From: a virus
Taxonomy: Duplodnaviria > Caudoviricetes
Length of the DNA stretch: 64,000 nucleotides
Reading direction: 5' to 3' (one strand)
IMG/VR virus record: IMGVR_UViG_3300028886_000042
A program made the position numbers and the translations under genes. Below are positions 31,401-41,200 of the stretch, piece by piece. The notes under the pieces are model-generated. The model worked only from the letters and a program-made list of their open reading frames with translations, did no database searches and was not told the origin of the DNA. Within the stretch, counting starts at the first letter, position 1, and each line of letters opens with the position of its first letter.

Positions 31401-33199
31401 CTATGACTTATAAATCCAGGACTTCTTCCTCAGCAGAACTGGTTGACATAAACAATACCGAGGATTCACTGCCGACTTACAGATTCATTTCGGGTTCTAC
31501 TAATGCTGATAAATCGTATTATTCATGGGATAACTATTACACTGACGAAAATAATGTATTCTCAGATACAAAATCAGCAGGCGGTAAAACGAGACAATAC
31601 ATACCGCTTCTACCGGCAACAGTATCACTGAACATTACTGATACGAGTTTCTGTAATATGACAAAGGAAATATACGGAGGTATGTCTGTTGTATTACGTG
31701 ACAATAGCGTGAATAACTGTGACCATAAGGATAAAAGTATCTTAAGTGTTACTATTTCAGGCGGGCCTACTGAAGGTGTTGTATATTTCGGTTATCATGC
31801 ATATAGTTCAAATGAAGATGGTAAATATTTAGATATTAATCTTATATGCCGACAGAAGGCAGGTGTTGACACTCTGAACTATCCGTTGAACTTCGTACCG
31901 ATAAAGGGGTTTGATGAAGAAGGAAAAGAAAATGCATTCAATGTACTTGACATAGGTGAACTTCGGAATAAATACGATGAAGGTACATTTATGAACTGCA
32001 ATCTTGACGGATGGAGGCTGTTTGATACAAACATAAACATATGGAATATGCTGTTTGCAACAACGAGCTATATTAAGAGTACGTGCCGTAACGACAATAA
32101 TGAAGAAATAACCAGATGTGAATATTTCGGTTTAGACTGTACTTTGGGTAGCGGAGATGAACGTATTAGGAATATGATAGAAGACCAGCTGCATGAACTT
32201 GCAATAGGTACTACCGGATATTTCAACAAATGGGAAAATGAATGGTCAGGTGAATATTATATAGTTGCCATGACCAAGGACGGAAGCTATGCCGTTTCAC
32301 CTGTATATTCATTCAACAATGTTGTCACAACAGCTGAATGCGGTATTTTACGAACCAAGGAATACGTTACTGAAACAGTAAAAGACACTGTAACGGGTAT
32401 AGAAACAAATATTTCATACTGGAAGGAAATATTGACTCGCACGGCAGTTGTGTTTGTACTTAATACTGTGTATGATAACGGTAATCCCGATTTCAATTCT
32501 ACGGATAATTGCAGACCGCTTTATTACCTTGATTACTTTGACTATGAAATGGAGGTAACATGTAAGTTGGATTCAGGAACGATAAACCAAAGCGGTACTG
32601 TTTCACCTCAGAAGAGGGTAGTACATAAGGGTTCGGAACCTGATTCAGACAGGGAGATACAGACAATGAAAGTGTTTAACGGAATATGGTTTGAGCTTAA
32701 TGATACGGAATACGGTGCATTTACAAGAGAGGCAAAGGGTGAAGACCTTGATGACATACTTAAGGTAAAGGTAAGGGATGTAACCGGATTACTTCATGAA
32801 ACACATGTATGGGGTGGTGGAACCCTTTCGGAGGGTGCTGTAATACCTATAGTCACGACTAATGTAGGGCATGAATGGTATAATGTGACATGTTCACTTG
32901 AGGGGGGTTACTGGCCAAACTATAAAGATACGACTGATAACAGTGATACGGAAGCAAGGTCGGTTAATGTCGAGCCGATTCCGAGACAAGGGAAAACCGC
33001 ATTTACTTTATTCGAACTGTTCGGTGATGAACCAAAGAGAGACCCCGTAAAGGCCAACAACAGAACCACGATATACCGTTTCGAAGGGTGGAAGGAAGTA
33101 GAAAACGAAGATGCTATTGTTAATCACAGAAGAGACGCTGTGAATATTGACAGGGCAAAGATATTTAAAGCTGTATGGAGCGAGCAAATACAAGATTAA
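25430..33199 (+). CDS. Giant virion structural protein (baseplate/tail), Cys-rich, with an internal hydrophobic segment
   Basis: 2589 aa; N-terminal carboxypeptidase-regulatory-like beta domain (VVVGRV..NGG.GV.NAKVSVF, TN.SGDYM..G.P.G); lies in the baseplate cluster. Confidence 0.65.
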   Translation: MADNCKSYRIRTNVGQDTPNVINVKLDQTYDEFQILSLKIEEENAYKLYQSEKGVVVGRVLANGGVGVSNAKVSVFIKSEDGMDIKDMILYPYKSVTDTNDDSVRYNLLPDFIDETCHQIVGTFPNKRLVLDNEDVIEIFDKYWKYTTVTNSSGDYMLYGIPVGEQTMHMDVDLSDIGFLSQKPRDLVYKGYNINLFENPNKFKQDTNLNSLAQIKSQDKSVYVYPFWGDTSTDNSNDIAVTRCDFQIDYKFEPTCIFMGSIITDTGSNAIGKNCSSTDNAGKMSDLVSGEGSIEMIRKTIDNKVEEFQVKGNRVIDGDGVWCYQIPMNLDYVMTDEFGNLVPTDNPDKGIPTRTRVRFRISLSDNPADSAARKRCKYLVPNNPRFDEKLYPEFTADKMHEPDYEFGTNTREESYCDLFWNKVYTVKNYIPRLQKNNRITNRKHTGIKLINHYGSNNPMPYNNLSVKLSFLYRFICVLVTIFIMLVGFLNNIISILGAIPCQIARFFRAIASIFIWPIKFLGYPFKAAAAVFDLLTPPCIAISSEFCSEDVTHPYTFYPGCGMKGLAYVLGPLAECVWDKTRDNHFEDMESVPQEDRTYPTNNEGELYNCVESQLANDNDVTSFNFHNDWINGTLYAPMWFRKVEAKKTYFFGLVKRKSKDEWCSVDHPYNGLLRLFQPCSVKRNASKSYTSHEGNTQTAYYMGSNPECDRDCHDTKTTVGLNNGLIKSKDSMLGQTIYYYRPFEIEKGNNNLMTDGVDGTLKLLFATDIVLLGSLNDCDLNGVPQFFKHLESSTFKLPTNMLFADNNMIQKFNEDGTLSTEYDLVSKSEMTGNDWGNSNADMCGEPDTGLFYSVGCSTIEMRPKSCINLQRICEFGVSLDESKEIPTNIAYVESGGDSVFETLRPDGYISKDELYNIDERSMFATMNGNELQTKVNIENGLKEYDFRHLYVDNFDNSLYDSMRMRQKRCGDYSYRNNFNLEEFSPGYYDFRMGKKPFYYDGARKFPRYENSFYFYFGLTVGKTAIDKFNNLFFAECYNPQEAVSPIAIETLGNTWCSEADITDIYNEKNDGYVKIDLSNIERPCDIIIQDKNSKFQINFDNVINEKIILSNKDSEGWTRKCIQSKDEHDILRSMCALDNGNYTMTVTDSSGEITVADFDLMSPYLKFEYISTPFKFPYNVLVTRYEGELTEEQYLKKIAEDKDGVDSTEKTLNTRTIGGTITLENVVDSLENTALESYNINITSSSKIPHWFNGLNSSTGSSETEETGENFILDIEVRYDSETKTWAVDNPSDYWLNAENYTESGGRRISGTQFKFIIGVPKGDERYKVTVTQYCPVENGQGTVEFYKTNNTYTETVFVSDVVPYKLYINDIIDYEVISHWGSGYKLENIKDKTGTVTKIKLVSNNTPSSFDRNSFSDNWLNISDFDGKNGDTYRYKWDKLVSYQKALKSLNNGLKEGLYSGIYDDFTYKIKTLGEIQQINPRVTDAIYNMFAKEVLPDTYEGFEEAVPDADTLYKEYYNAGTYQIKTLPQIQQINSSVTQEIYNTFPATVSAEEYNSLDNIPDANVIYKAYYNESHVDKYYEYKVIETYSIFHEAVYDEAGNEIEPAYYETKVVNEDGFTCKGFPLRDVEGFKRYIYRMDEMADTLLKTKRLSDGNTCVFIEGILTNDILNDHISFISETDSNRDSIIDFLYKIKNALANDENIEARDIADTCDTVIEACERILEIKAEFISEMKNAFWKTCPDEEKRVKFKAVTEDMPVAFYIAHRSEKSVEEGSGNTLEYGDARTLTYSFNLERDIDNITIPSISYTSSKNYGAYRDREDSYMVDTVNYPNVCLALDNSSPFRDKQKYAFFVGVINSSEQRVNKLNKEEPIPFGDTVPVGIKNNAANSNTSRLFGFHVIDKVMELKLISWAAFNGIPYYNPRNTVNDKYVTDIDKVGRTVDMCGLLSGKIYNGVISSIVYGENSRNIGSTFFESQNVGRFDMEIATPMTYKSRTSSSAELVDINNTEDSLPTYRFISGSTNADKSYYSWDNYYTDENNVFSDTKSAGGKTRQYIPLLPATVSLNITDTSFCNMTKEIYGGMSVVLRDNSVNNCDHKDKSILSVTISGGPTEGVVYFGYHAYSSNEDGKYLDINLICRQKAGVDTLNYPLNFVPIKGFDEEGKENAFNVLDIGELRNKYDEGTFMNCNLDGWRLFDTNINIWNMLFATTSYIKSTCRNDNNEEITRCEYFGLDCTLGSGDERIRNMIEDQLHELAIGTTGYFNKWENEWSGEYYIVAMTKDGSYAVSPVYSFNNVVTTAECGILRTKEYVTETVKDTVTGIETNISYWKEILTRTAVVFVLNTVYDNGNPDFNSTDNCRPLYYLDYFDYEMEVTCKLDSGTINQSGTVSPQKRVVHKGSEPDSDREIQTMKVFNGIWFELNDTEYGAFTREAKGEDLDDILKVKVRDVTGLLHETHVWGGGTLSEGAVIPIVTTNVGHEWYNVTCSLEGGYWPNYKDTTDNSDTEARSVNVEPIPRQGKTAFTLFELFGDEPKRDPVKANNRTTIYRFEGWKEVENEDAIVNHRRDAVNIDRAKIFKAVWSEQIQD
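29834..30155 (+). repeat. Intragenic tandem duplication, 2 x 55 codons
   Basis: TYKIKTLGEIQQINPRVT...PDADTLYKEYYN and TYQIKTLPQIQQINSSVT...PDANVIYKAYYN, 165-nt period. Confidence 0.75.
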
Positions 33200-33211
33200 A
33201 CAGGAACGTAC

Positions 33212-36200
33212 ATGGACAGCACAAAGATAAGATTAGGCAGGACAGATTCAGTCAATTCAACTGACAGAGCGAATTACTTGGATGTGGAGTTAAGGAACAC
33301 ATCCAAGATGATTCATTTTACTGACATAAAAACAACAGTAGACAAACTCGAACAGTTCAAGAAGGAGCGTAACAGCGGTACAAAATACCGTCTGATAACA
33401 ACAATAAACCCATACTGTAGTAATGTACTGTTCAATCCGTTTACTGAAATGGTTTATGCTGAGGGTTCAGTCCCATATAAGGACGGAACAACAGATTTCA
33501 AGGGTTGTGACGGTGTTGTGGACGGTGAATCATTCTTTGACGGTAAGGAATCTGGAAGCGGCAGGACAGATAAGCCTTCAATGATTATAAAGAAGTCTGT
33601 CTATAGCGACAATGAGAAGCCTAACCGTATAGAAATGATAATGAATACTGAATATTCACGTCCCGGTTGTGCTTATGACAGTTATGACATAAACGGTAAT
33701 GTGATTACGGGTGAAAATTATGTATATCATCCGGGATATGACATTTTCGACAATCACATACTGAGAAACAATTCATTCAAGATTGTCAATTTCTCAAAGG
33801 CAAAACTGTCAGCAAACGAGAAATCGCTGTTCAACACTATAGCCGATAAAATGCGCTATGCTGACGGAAAAATAGTACAGTACAGAAGAAGAGAGGAATT
33901 CAGTGATGACGGAAACGGTGAGAGTCAGGTTTCAAAGGGTAGGGACAAGCATCTGTACAACCACGGTGACATAACGGAATTCGGAAACGGCGATGCCATA
34001 AATGCTGCATTATATGAAGAGGACGGTTGGTACGGTTTTATAAACAGGTCAACAATACAGTCTAATTCATTCAGGCAAATCGGTGCTAATGTCAAACCGA
34101 CAGTACTTAACATAGGCTATGTGATGAATGACAGGAAACCTTGTGAATTTGTCGATATGTACCCTGACAGGACTCTATATTCATTCAACCCCAAATACAA
34201 CAGATATCAGCATAGGGAGGAATACAACTGGGAGGTTATACTTACCTACCCTTACAGACATACCAACGATTATCTGGTTGTAGAGCCTATTAATGTTATT
34301 ACAGGTACTAGGAAGGAAGGTGAAGAGACTGTTGAGATTACGGAAGAGAGAAGCGGCCTTATGATATTGTCGGCTGTCAAGACAACAGCACCTAACGGTG
34401 AAACGGTTGTTTTATTCAGGAGCCTTACAAAGCACGGACTTAAAGGAGGTGATACCATACGTTTCTATTATCGTAAGCGTAATACGGAAGGCAACTGGAA
34501 ACAATACGAGAAGAATTTTGTAGTAAGAAACACAGGTGACTTGAAGAACAACGGAAAGGATTTCTATTTCTATATTAATGATTTGGATTTCATACGACTG
34601 TTGAACGAAAACTATAATAATACGGATTCAGAACTTAATACTGATAATGTCGATGACAATGACTACCGTTTCAGCAGGGTTGTCGGAAACGTAACGTCAA
34701 AGTACTATATAAGGGTTTTCAGGAAACTCCCTAATTTCAAGTATGCAACAAGTAAATTTCCGGATGACGGAAGCAAGACCATTGAAGAATATATCGAGGA
34801 AAACTCGAAATATCCCGATGATTTCATTGACGAGGAAAAACGCGGAAAAACGGTGCTTTTCGACAAGGAACAGTACAAGTTGGCATTTGAATCAACAATT
34901 TACAGTGATGCAAGTACACAGGTCACGTTTACTGATTCAATCAACATAGAAAACCTTAAGGATGACAGGGGTTTTCCGTTAACCGAACTTTATGTAACTG
35001 TTATCAAGACAAATTACGGTCATGAGAAATGGTACGGTATAACCGAAGAAGGATTGAATCCTGACAGGATAATACGTAACGACAAGGATATAGAATTTTC
35101 CCACTGTTTCGGAAAGGTATCTGAGGGCTTGCAGTTCTCGCAGACGAATATAGACCTTAGTGATGAATACATAAGGGATATAAGGCAGTCATGCGGTGAT
35201 ATCTCGATGATATACAACAATTACAACTACAAATACAAGGAAGAGGGAACAGATAAGGTACGTGCTGAATATTCTTCACCTTACGGAACGGATATAACGG
35301 TTAATGATGATGAGTTCCTTGGTGATATTGTCGAATATAATCAGAACGAGTGTATTGAAAAGATAATACAACCGTTTATGCACCGTTTCAACACGGCACA
35401 GAGGGAATTGAACGATGAAAGGAAATTCAGATGGCGTGAACTGTACACTGATGACTTTGACAAGAATCCCGATAATACGGATAATCTGATTAACGGTTTC
35501 GAAGTTGATGATAGCAAGTGTTCGTTCAGTGTAAAGGAAGAAGCAGCTGATACGGACATAATTTCACCTACAAGCCGTTCGGAAGGGTACTATTACCAGC
35601 CGCATTACAGGATAGCATTAAGGGAGTTCGGAACCATACTTCAAGACCAGAACAAGGATATTATACTATCTTCAATTACACCTGTTCAGTCTAATTCAAT
35701 TTATCTGAAACTGACAACCGTAAGGAGAAGCGGTGTCAACATAGGTGATATAGTATATATGTACAACCGTAAGAATGATGACAGATACAGTTTTACCGTA
35801 ACTTATATTGAAAGTCCTGTATCATTTTACATAATACCTTATATGGACAGTGACAATCCATGGCACGAACTGTTTGAAAAATGTAAGATGAACTGGTTGG
35901 ATATATGCAATCTGTCATTACCGAAGGAAGAAGGTGAACAGTCACAGATTTTCTTCAGGATAAAGAACAATGAAATTCCGGAATATGCCGAAAAAGTAGG
36001 AAGCAACAAATACCTTTGGAGGGAAGTTCTGAATCCCGGTGATGATAATACAGTAAATCTGCCGGAATATGCATATTCAAACGGTACGTTCTATATAACA
36101 AATGAGATAAATTTCTTCATGAGAAGGCAAGACCCTCATGGATGGAACGGATTACTGTGCAAGGGAAGTTTCCCTAATGACATTTCCGGTAATATCAGCC

Positions 36201-36247
36201 GTGAATCTAATTATGTATACAAGGACGAAAGGGAAAAGGTATGCTAA
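33212..36247 (+). CDS. Virion structural protein (baseplate/tail region)
   Basis: 1011-aa ORF in the structural operon; ERN...KYRL, PLTELY.T..K, GDIVEYN, HRFNT.QRE, EGYYYQPH motifs. Confidence 0.6.
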   Translation: MDSTKIRLGRTDSVNSTDRANYLDVELRNTSKMIHFTDIKTTVDKLEQFKKERNSGTKYRLITTINPYCSNVLFNPFTEMVYAEGSVPYKDGTTDFKGCDGVVDGESFFDGKESGSGRTDKPSMIIKKSVYSDNEKPNRIEMIMNTEYSRPGCAYDSYDINGNVITGENYVYHPGYDIFDNHILRNNSFKIVNFSKAKLSANEKSLFNTIADKMRYADGKIVQYRRREEFSDDGNGESQVSKGRDKHLYNHGDITEFGNGDAINAALYEEDGWYGFINRSTIQSNSFRQIGANVKPTVLNIGYVMNDRKPCEFVDMYPDRTLYSFNPKYNRYQHREEYNWEVILTYPYRHTNDYLVVEPINVITGTRKEGEETVEITEERSGLMILSAVKTTAPNGETVVLFRSLTKHGLKGGDTIRFYYRKRNTEGNWKQYEKNFVVRNTGDLKNNGKDFYFYINDLDFIRLLNENYNNTDSELNTDNVDDNDYRFSRVVGNVTSKYYIRVFRKLPNFKYATSKFPDDGSKTIEEYIEENSKYPDDFIDEEKRGKTVLFDKEQYKLAFESTIYSDASTQVTFTDSINIENLKDDRGFPLTELYVTVIKTNYGHEKWYGITEEGLNPDRIIRNDKDIEFSHCFGKVSEGLQFSQTNIDLSDEYIRDIRQSCGDISMIYNNYNYKYKEEGTDKVRAEYSSPYGTDITVNDDEFLGDIVEYNQNECIEKIIQPFMHRFNTAQRELNDERKFRWRELYTDDFDKNPDNTDNLINGFEVDDSKCSFSVKEEAADTDIISPTSRSEGYYYQPHYRIALREFGTILQDQNKDIILSSITPVQSNSIYLKLTTVRRSGVNIGDIVYMYNRKNDDRYSFTVTYIESPVSFYIIPYMDSDNPWHELFEKCKMNWLDICNLSLPKEEGEQSQIFFRIKNNEIPEYAEKVGSNKYLWREVLNPGDDNTVNLPEYAYSNGTFYITNEINFFMRRQDPHGWNGLLCKGSFPNDISGNISRESNYVYKDEREKVC

Positions 36248-38274
36248 AATACAGATTTAACATAAACGACGTTAAAAACAGGCTTGCATGGTTGGAATTG
36301 TCCGATTTCACTGTAAGCAGACTGTTCGGTGACGGTAATGAAGAAAAACTGATGCTGTCATGCTACTGTAAAGAAGAACTCCCGTTCCGTGAAAAGGGTA
36401 AGTTACTTGCAAGTTACGGTCAGGATGTACTTGATGACAATTCACTGACAAGAACGGCTTACAGGTTCAATACATCATTCATTCCATCCGGTATAAACTT
36501 CGAAAACAGGTCGTTTTCACTGATTTTTGACCGTTTCTATGATACTGCCATAAGAATGTTGGGTATCTATGAGACTGAGGAAGAGACCGAAGGAGGTGAA
36601 ACGGTAAATACAAAGTGGTGGCTTCTGTATTTCAACGGGAAGCATCTGTTTGATGTTACAAACGGTGAAATATACAAACTATACATAACATACGACTGTC
36701 CGGGCGGTTTTCCTTCTGTCATAGAGGAAGAGTATGAAGATAATATTCTTCCTGACGGCCTTGAAATACTGTATGTAAGTGATAAGATAGGAAAGGAAGT
36801 AAAGGAAGGTGTATATACAAATGCAGAGGTACTTACCGGAACTATTATCCGTGTAAAATACGATGTCCTTTTTAAGGATGATACACCGACGCTTCTGTAT
36901 AATTCCCTATACTATACAGAAAACGGAGTATTGAAGTATAATCTCTCAAATGCAAGGTTTTTCCGTGACAACTTCATTTTCACAACCGGTATGTTCGATT
37001 TGTACTACGACAAGCCGATGACCTCATTATCATTACCGTTAAGCAGTACTTTTTCAACTGATTTAATGGAGGATGATGCCATAAGGACTGATTTTACGAA
37101 TGCTGAAATAAGAAAAGCGATAAACAGTTCACCTGACATGGAGAAGGATGTATATCATCCTGTAATATGGAAAACAGAGATGTTTTTGGACAAATATGTG
37201 TTAAAGTCAGGTGAAACCGGCAAGGATTACCTTAATGAAAAGGAATACAGCAGCCTTACTGAGGCAGAAAAGGAAAAGTATACTGTAAATGACAGTCCTG
37301 AAATACCTGATGACAATTACGGATATATAAAGGACAGGATATATAAGATACGATTCAATTTTCATTTCAGATGTCATGAGGGTGAAGACTGGATAGCTGA
37401 CAACAATTCTTTTTGGAACGGTGTTACTGTCAATGCAGAAGGTAAGCCTGAATTCGTTACGGATTATTTCGGAGCAGGTTTTACAAACAGGGAGGAGTTG
37501 CATTCGGATTTGCTATATTATCTGGGTTTCAACAACAAGGACGTAAGGTACCAGAAAAACAAACTTAAGAAATCATTTATAAGGCTCATGTTTTTCGATT
37601 CGGTAAATCCGGCAAATCAGAATCTGTTGGCTTATTCCACGGTATTCCTTGACAGCGGACTGTATTTCAGCAAATACGCAAGGTATATTGAGAAGGAAGG
37701 CTATACATCAGTAGAGAAAAACGAGGATGACGGAAATTACATTGTTAAAAAGGACTTGACCGGTATAAAGGTTGACAGGGAGCCTACCTCAACTTCACAG
37801 GAAGAAAAGATAACGAACAGAACAGATACGGACAAAATAGAGGAAGTGAGACTGAGTTCACAGATAACGGTAAGGGACAAGTATTCTTCCGATTCTTCAA
37901 GCGAGGGATTCTACCTGTATCTTTGGAAGGAAAATTTCCTTGGTACATATCCCCAGGACCTGTACATGAAGATTGAATTCAACCATGCGGGTTTCGGAAG
38001 GACGATACCGTTTATGTGTCCGTTCAATGAAGATATAAAGGGTTTCAAGTCATTCAGGGAAATACTTAAGGACTGGGATAATACAGTAAACGGTGAAGAA
38101 GCCGGTTATGGTATAAGGAAATTCCTTAAGTATTCATACATACATTTCAAGTATAAGTATGACAAAGTATCAGGACAGCATCTGTATTACCTTGATGATG
38201 AGTTTTATGGTGATTCCGTGTACTTTAAGGACAATGCTATAACAATAAACCTCTACGAGGCCAAAATAAATTGA
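36241..38274 (+). CDS. Virion structural protein
   Basis: 677-aa ORF overlapping both neighbours; LGF...DV.YQK..LKKSF.RL.F.DS and LYMK.EFNHA..G. Confidence 0.6.
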   Translation: MLKYRFNINDVKNRLAWLELSDFTVSRLFGDGNEEKLMLSCYCKEELPFREKGKLLASYGQDVLDDNSLTRTAYRFNTSFIPSGINFENRSFSLIFDRFYDTAIRMLGIYETEEETEGGETVNTKWWLLYFNGKHLFDVTNGEIYKLYITYDCPGGFPSVIEEEYEDNILPDGLEILYVSDKIGKEVKEGVYTNAEVLTGTIIRVKYDVLFKDDTPTLLYNSLYYTENGVLKYNLSNARFFRDNFIFTTGMFDLYYDKPMTSLSLPLSSTFSTDLMEDDAIRTDFTNAEIRKAINSSPDMEKDVYHPVIWKTEMFLDKYVLKSGETGKDYLNEKEYSSLTEAEKEKYTVNDSPEIPDDNYGYIKDRIYKIRFNFHFRCHEGEDWIADNNSFWNGVTVNAEGKPEFVTDYFGAGFTNREELHSDLLYYLGFNNKDVRYQKNKLKKSFIRLMFFDSVNPANQNLLAYSTVFLDSGLYFSKYARYIEKEGYTSVEKNEDDGNYIVKKDLTGIKVDREPTSTSQEEKITNRTDTDKIEEVRLSSQITVRDKYSSDSSSEGFYLYLWKENFLGTYPQDLYMKIEFNHAGFGRTIPFMCPFNEDIKGFKSFREILKDWDNTVNGEEAGYGIRKFLKYSYIHFKYKYDKVSGQHLYYLDDEFYGDSVYFKDNAITINLYEAKIN

Positions 38275-40223
38275 AAAAAAAAATGGATAAAATACAGAAA
38301 ACAATATGCCGTGAAGAACTTAAATCACGTATATGCGGTTTATTTGCCTATTTGGAGGAAAATGACGCGGGTGTATTCAGGCTGCATAAGGCAACTGATT
38401 CATCTGACGGCTGTTACGGCAAGATTATCGAGAATATAAAACTTCCCGAAAATGTAAAACTTGATGTCGGAAATGAAGTGGTATTAATGTCCGGTGGTAC
38501 TTATTCATACCGTACACTTATGAATTACTATTATCAGTACAAGGACTATGACTTCAGTCTAAACGGAGGTGATAACAGTTTCATATTTTTCATTGAAAAA
38601 GCAATAGGTAAGATAGCAGTCAATTTCACTGAACTTGGGCTTAATGACGAGGATAACGACCTTTTACCGGTTGTGGTGTACCTTGCAAATGTAAGGAATC
38701 TGATTAACACCTATCAGAAATTAAAGGTTGTATATGATTACTATACGGGCGGCTATACAGAAGAAGGCGGTAAACTTGTTCCGAGTAAAAAGGATATAAA
38801 TACTCTTGAGCCTGAAATATGCTGTACATGTTCAAAGTATGTCAGAATGGGAGGAACAATTATATATAACTGGTTGTTTAGTCTATTACCCCTTGCAGAT
38901 GAAACAGCGACAGAATACTACGGATATGCTGATTCCGGTACATCATCCCTTAATTTTGACATAATGCTCAGACAGTCGGTATATGATATCGGTTATCTGT
39001 CATGCTATCTTAATGAATGGGTCGGCGGTGAACTGCATCATGAAGGTGAACTGTACACTTATAACGGAAACACCTATGTATGTGTAAAGGACAATACCGA
39101 TGTCTATAACAAGGAACTTATGAGGTTTGAGTTTGTGGAAGATGACGCACATTTCAGACGCATTGGTACGGGCAATACATCGGATGACAGTGAAAATGAC
39201 GATAAGCCTTGGTGGGAAAAATACAGCAGGATAATATCTTCTGACAACCGGTTCGGTAATGTATTCAATATTGTTGAATATGATAGTGACAACAATCCGA
39301 AAATAGCTGACGATTTCGTGCTTGAAGGTTCGTCAGACAGCAAGCTCGTCTCAATGAGAAGGTTCAAGACATACCTTAATGCTTCAGACACGGTTGAGAC
39401 ACCGGAAGATGGTGAAGACTGGCTTTATTATTACAGAATAGGTACTGTAAACGGGTATAAGGCCGTAACGGATGACTTAGGTAACATACTTGATGCAGAC
39501 AAACTTGAAGAAGGTATAGTACAGCCGGCAATAAGCAGTCCTACAACACTTGCAGCATACGGTAATGTAATAACTGCCATAACAGCAAACGAGAGTCTCA
39601 GGACAATTACGTTTGAATATGTTATAAATGCACATCTGATAGCCGAGAAAACCGAAATTGTGAAGGATGATGACGGTAATGAACTGTACAGATACAGTGA
39701 TTTCATATATGACCCCTCTGACAGATATCACGGTGTAAAATATACGGAAACATACAGTTATGACGAAGGAAGCGAGCTTGATGAATTAGTAAAGAGAAAA
39801 CCGGTAACTCCTAACACAGATAATGACGAGGAAGAGGAATATGTCGAGAAGTTCACATTTGACGAATATGTAAATGACGTTAACGACAACTGTACGACAT
39901 TCGGAAAATTTGCATTCAATACAACGAATTCAATAACAAGTTACAACAGGACAGTAAGTGATGAAAAAATGACATTTTCATATATAAAAAGTGATTTTAC
40001 GACAACTATAAAAAACGAAGCCGACTATTTATTTGCAGAAGTCTACAAAACGGATTATCTTAACGGTATAACATATAAGCCGGAAGTTGAAAACAACGTA
40101 AGGATAGACAGAGGTAACTATTCTGCTTTTGAGCGTCACATAAAGCTGTCAGAGGTGAAAACGATGGAAGATATGGAAAACTATGCAAATAATTCGTTCT
40201 TCAATGTCCAAAAAACAAGTTAA
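38271..40223 (+). CDS. Virion structural protein (start may be ATG 38283)
   Basis: 650-aa ORF in the operon; C-terminal PEV...V.IDRG..SAFERH.KL.E. Confidence 0.6.
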   Translation: MKKKMDKIQKTICREELKSRICGLFAYLEENDAGVFRLHKATDSSDGCYGKIIENIKLPENVKLDVGNEVVLMSGGTYSYRTLMNYYYQYKDYDFSLNGGDNSFIFFIEKAIGKIAVNFTELGLNDEDNDLLPVVVYLANVRNLINTYQKLKVVYDYYTGGYTEEGGKLVPSKKDINTLEPEICCTCSKYVRMGGTIIYNWLFSLLPLADETATEYYGYADSGTSSLNFDIMLRQSVYDIGYLSCYLNEWVGGELHHEGELYTYNGNTYVCVKDNTDVYNKELMRFEFVEDDAHFRRIGTGNTSDDSENDDKPWWEKYSRIISSDNRFGNVFNIVEYDSDNNPKIADDFVLEGSSDSKLVSMRRFKTYLNASDTVETPEDGEDWLYYYRIGTVNGYKAVTDDLGNILDADKLEEGIVQPAISSPTTLAAYGNVITAITANESLRTITFEYVINAHLIAEKTEIVKDDDGNELYRYSDFIYDPSDRYHGVKYTETYSYDEGSELDELVKRKPVTPNTDNDEEEEYVEKFTFDEYVNDVNDNCTTFGKFAFNTTNSITSYNRTVSDEKMTFSYIKSDFTTTIKNEADYLFAEVYKTDYLNGITYKPEVENNVRIDRGNYSAFERHIKLSEVKTMEDMENYANNSFFNVQKTS

Positions 40224-40226
40224 GGC

Positions 40227-40255
40227 TTCCAAAACTATCAAAAATAAGGTATATT
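40227..40255 (+). promoter_or_regulatory. Possible second-class promoter
   Basis: TTCCAA (40227-40232), 17 nt, TATATT (40250-40255) in a short intergenic gap. Confidence 0.35.
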
Positions 40256-40270
40256 GAATATAAATCTGAT

Positions 40271-41191
40271 TTGTCAATGAACAGTACTTACGGAGTTGTT
40301 CGGAGTTCACTTATAGACCCTGCCCAAGATGTGCAGATTTACTATCATTACAGACCCAGCAGGAGTTCTGAAGATTCGTCGTTCAAGAATTTCAGGGAGA
40401 TAACGGATGTTAATTCGGTTCTGACTAATTCAAGCCTTGAAACGGACGAGAATGGAGCAGATAAACGTTTACCGGGTATGTATAACCTAAATTTGCCGCT
40501 TTCCATATTCGGCAAGAAGGGTATATATACCATATTCATAAAGCCGAAGGAATACAGATTCACAATAAAGGATGTAGGTTCGTTGGCTGCATATCCCGAC
40601 ATAAAGGGTATTGTCATTGACATGAATACGGTTGACAACCAGAGTCTGTTCGCCGAGGACAAGCTTGTAGGCTACCGTATAGAATACTTTGAATATTCCG
40701 GTTCTTCACTTCAGAGACAGGACTATTACCGTCTGATTACGAGTAACAATATGTGCGAACCCGTATCACAGAACCTTACTTCTGCCAACACGAATTCAAA
40801 CGGTTACAGATTCAACGGAAGCGGAAGCCTGTGCTTCATTACGGTAACACCTTCTACAAGTCCGGATTTCAAGAGTAATTCAGTCCCCTACATAGGAACG
40901 CCTAATCAGGAGATTGTCATAACGAATACGAAGTTTGACCCTGTAATGCTTGAGGTTGAAATGGTTGAACATGACATAGAGACGCTGAGTATCATGCAGG
41001 AGGGTAATATGGTAAGGAACCTTGACAAGGGTATTGTTTCATACTACAACTTCAATAATGAAATCTACAGACAGTACGAGTTCTCAACCATTAAGGACAA
41101 CTATAAGAAAACAAATGTTGCAGAGACTAAGTTCAGCAGGGACAACAACATCGACAACAGTTTGGACATAAATGAATTGATGCAGGTTTAA
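40271..41191 (+). CDS. Virion structural protein (start may be ATG 40277)
   Basis: 306-aa beta-rich ORF within the structural cluster. Confidence 0.6.
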   Translation: MSMNSTYGVVRSSLIDPAQDVQIYYHYRPSRSSEDSSFKNFREITDVNSVLTNSSLETDENGADKRLPGMYNLNLPLSIFGKKGIYTIFIKPKEYRFTIKDVGSLAAYPDIKGIVIDMNTVDNQSLFAEDKLVGYRIEYFEYSGSSLQRQDYYRLITSNNMCEPVSQNLTSANTNSNGYRFNGSGSLCFITVTPSTSPDFKSNSVPYIGTPNQEIVITNTKFDPVMLEVEMVEHDIETLSIMQEGNMVRNLDKGIVSYYNFNNEIYRQYEFSTIKDNYKKTNVAETKFSRDNNIDNSLDINELMQV

Positions 41192-41200
41192 AAGAAGCAT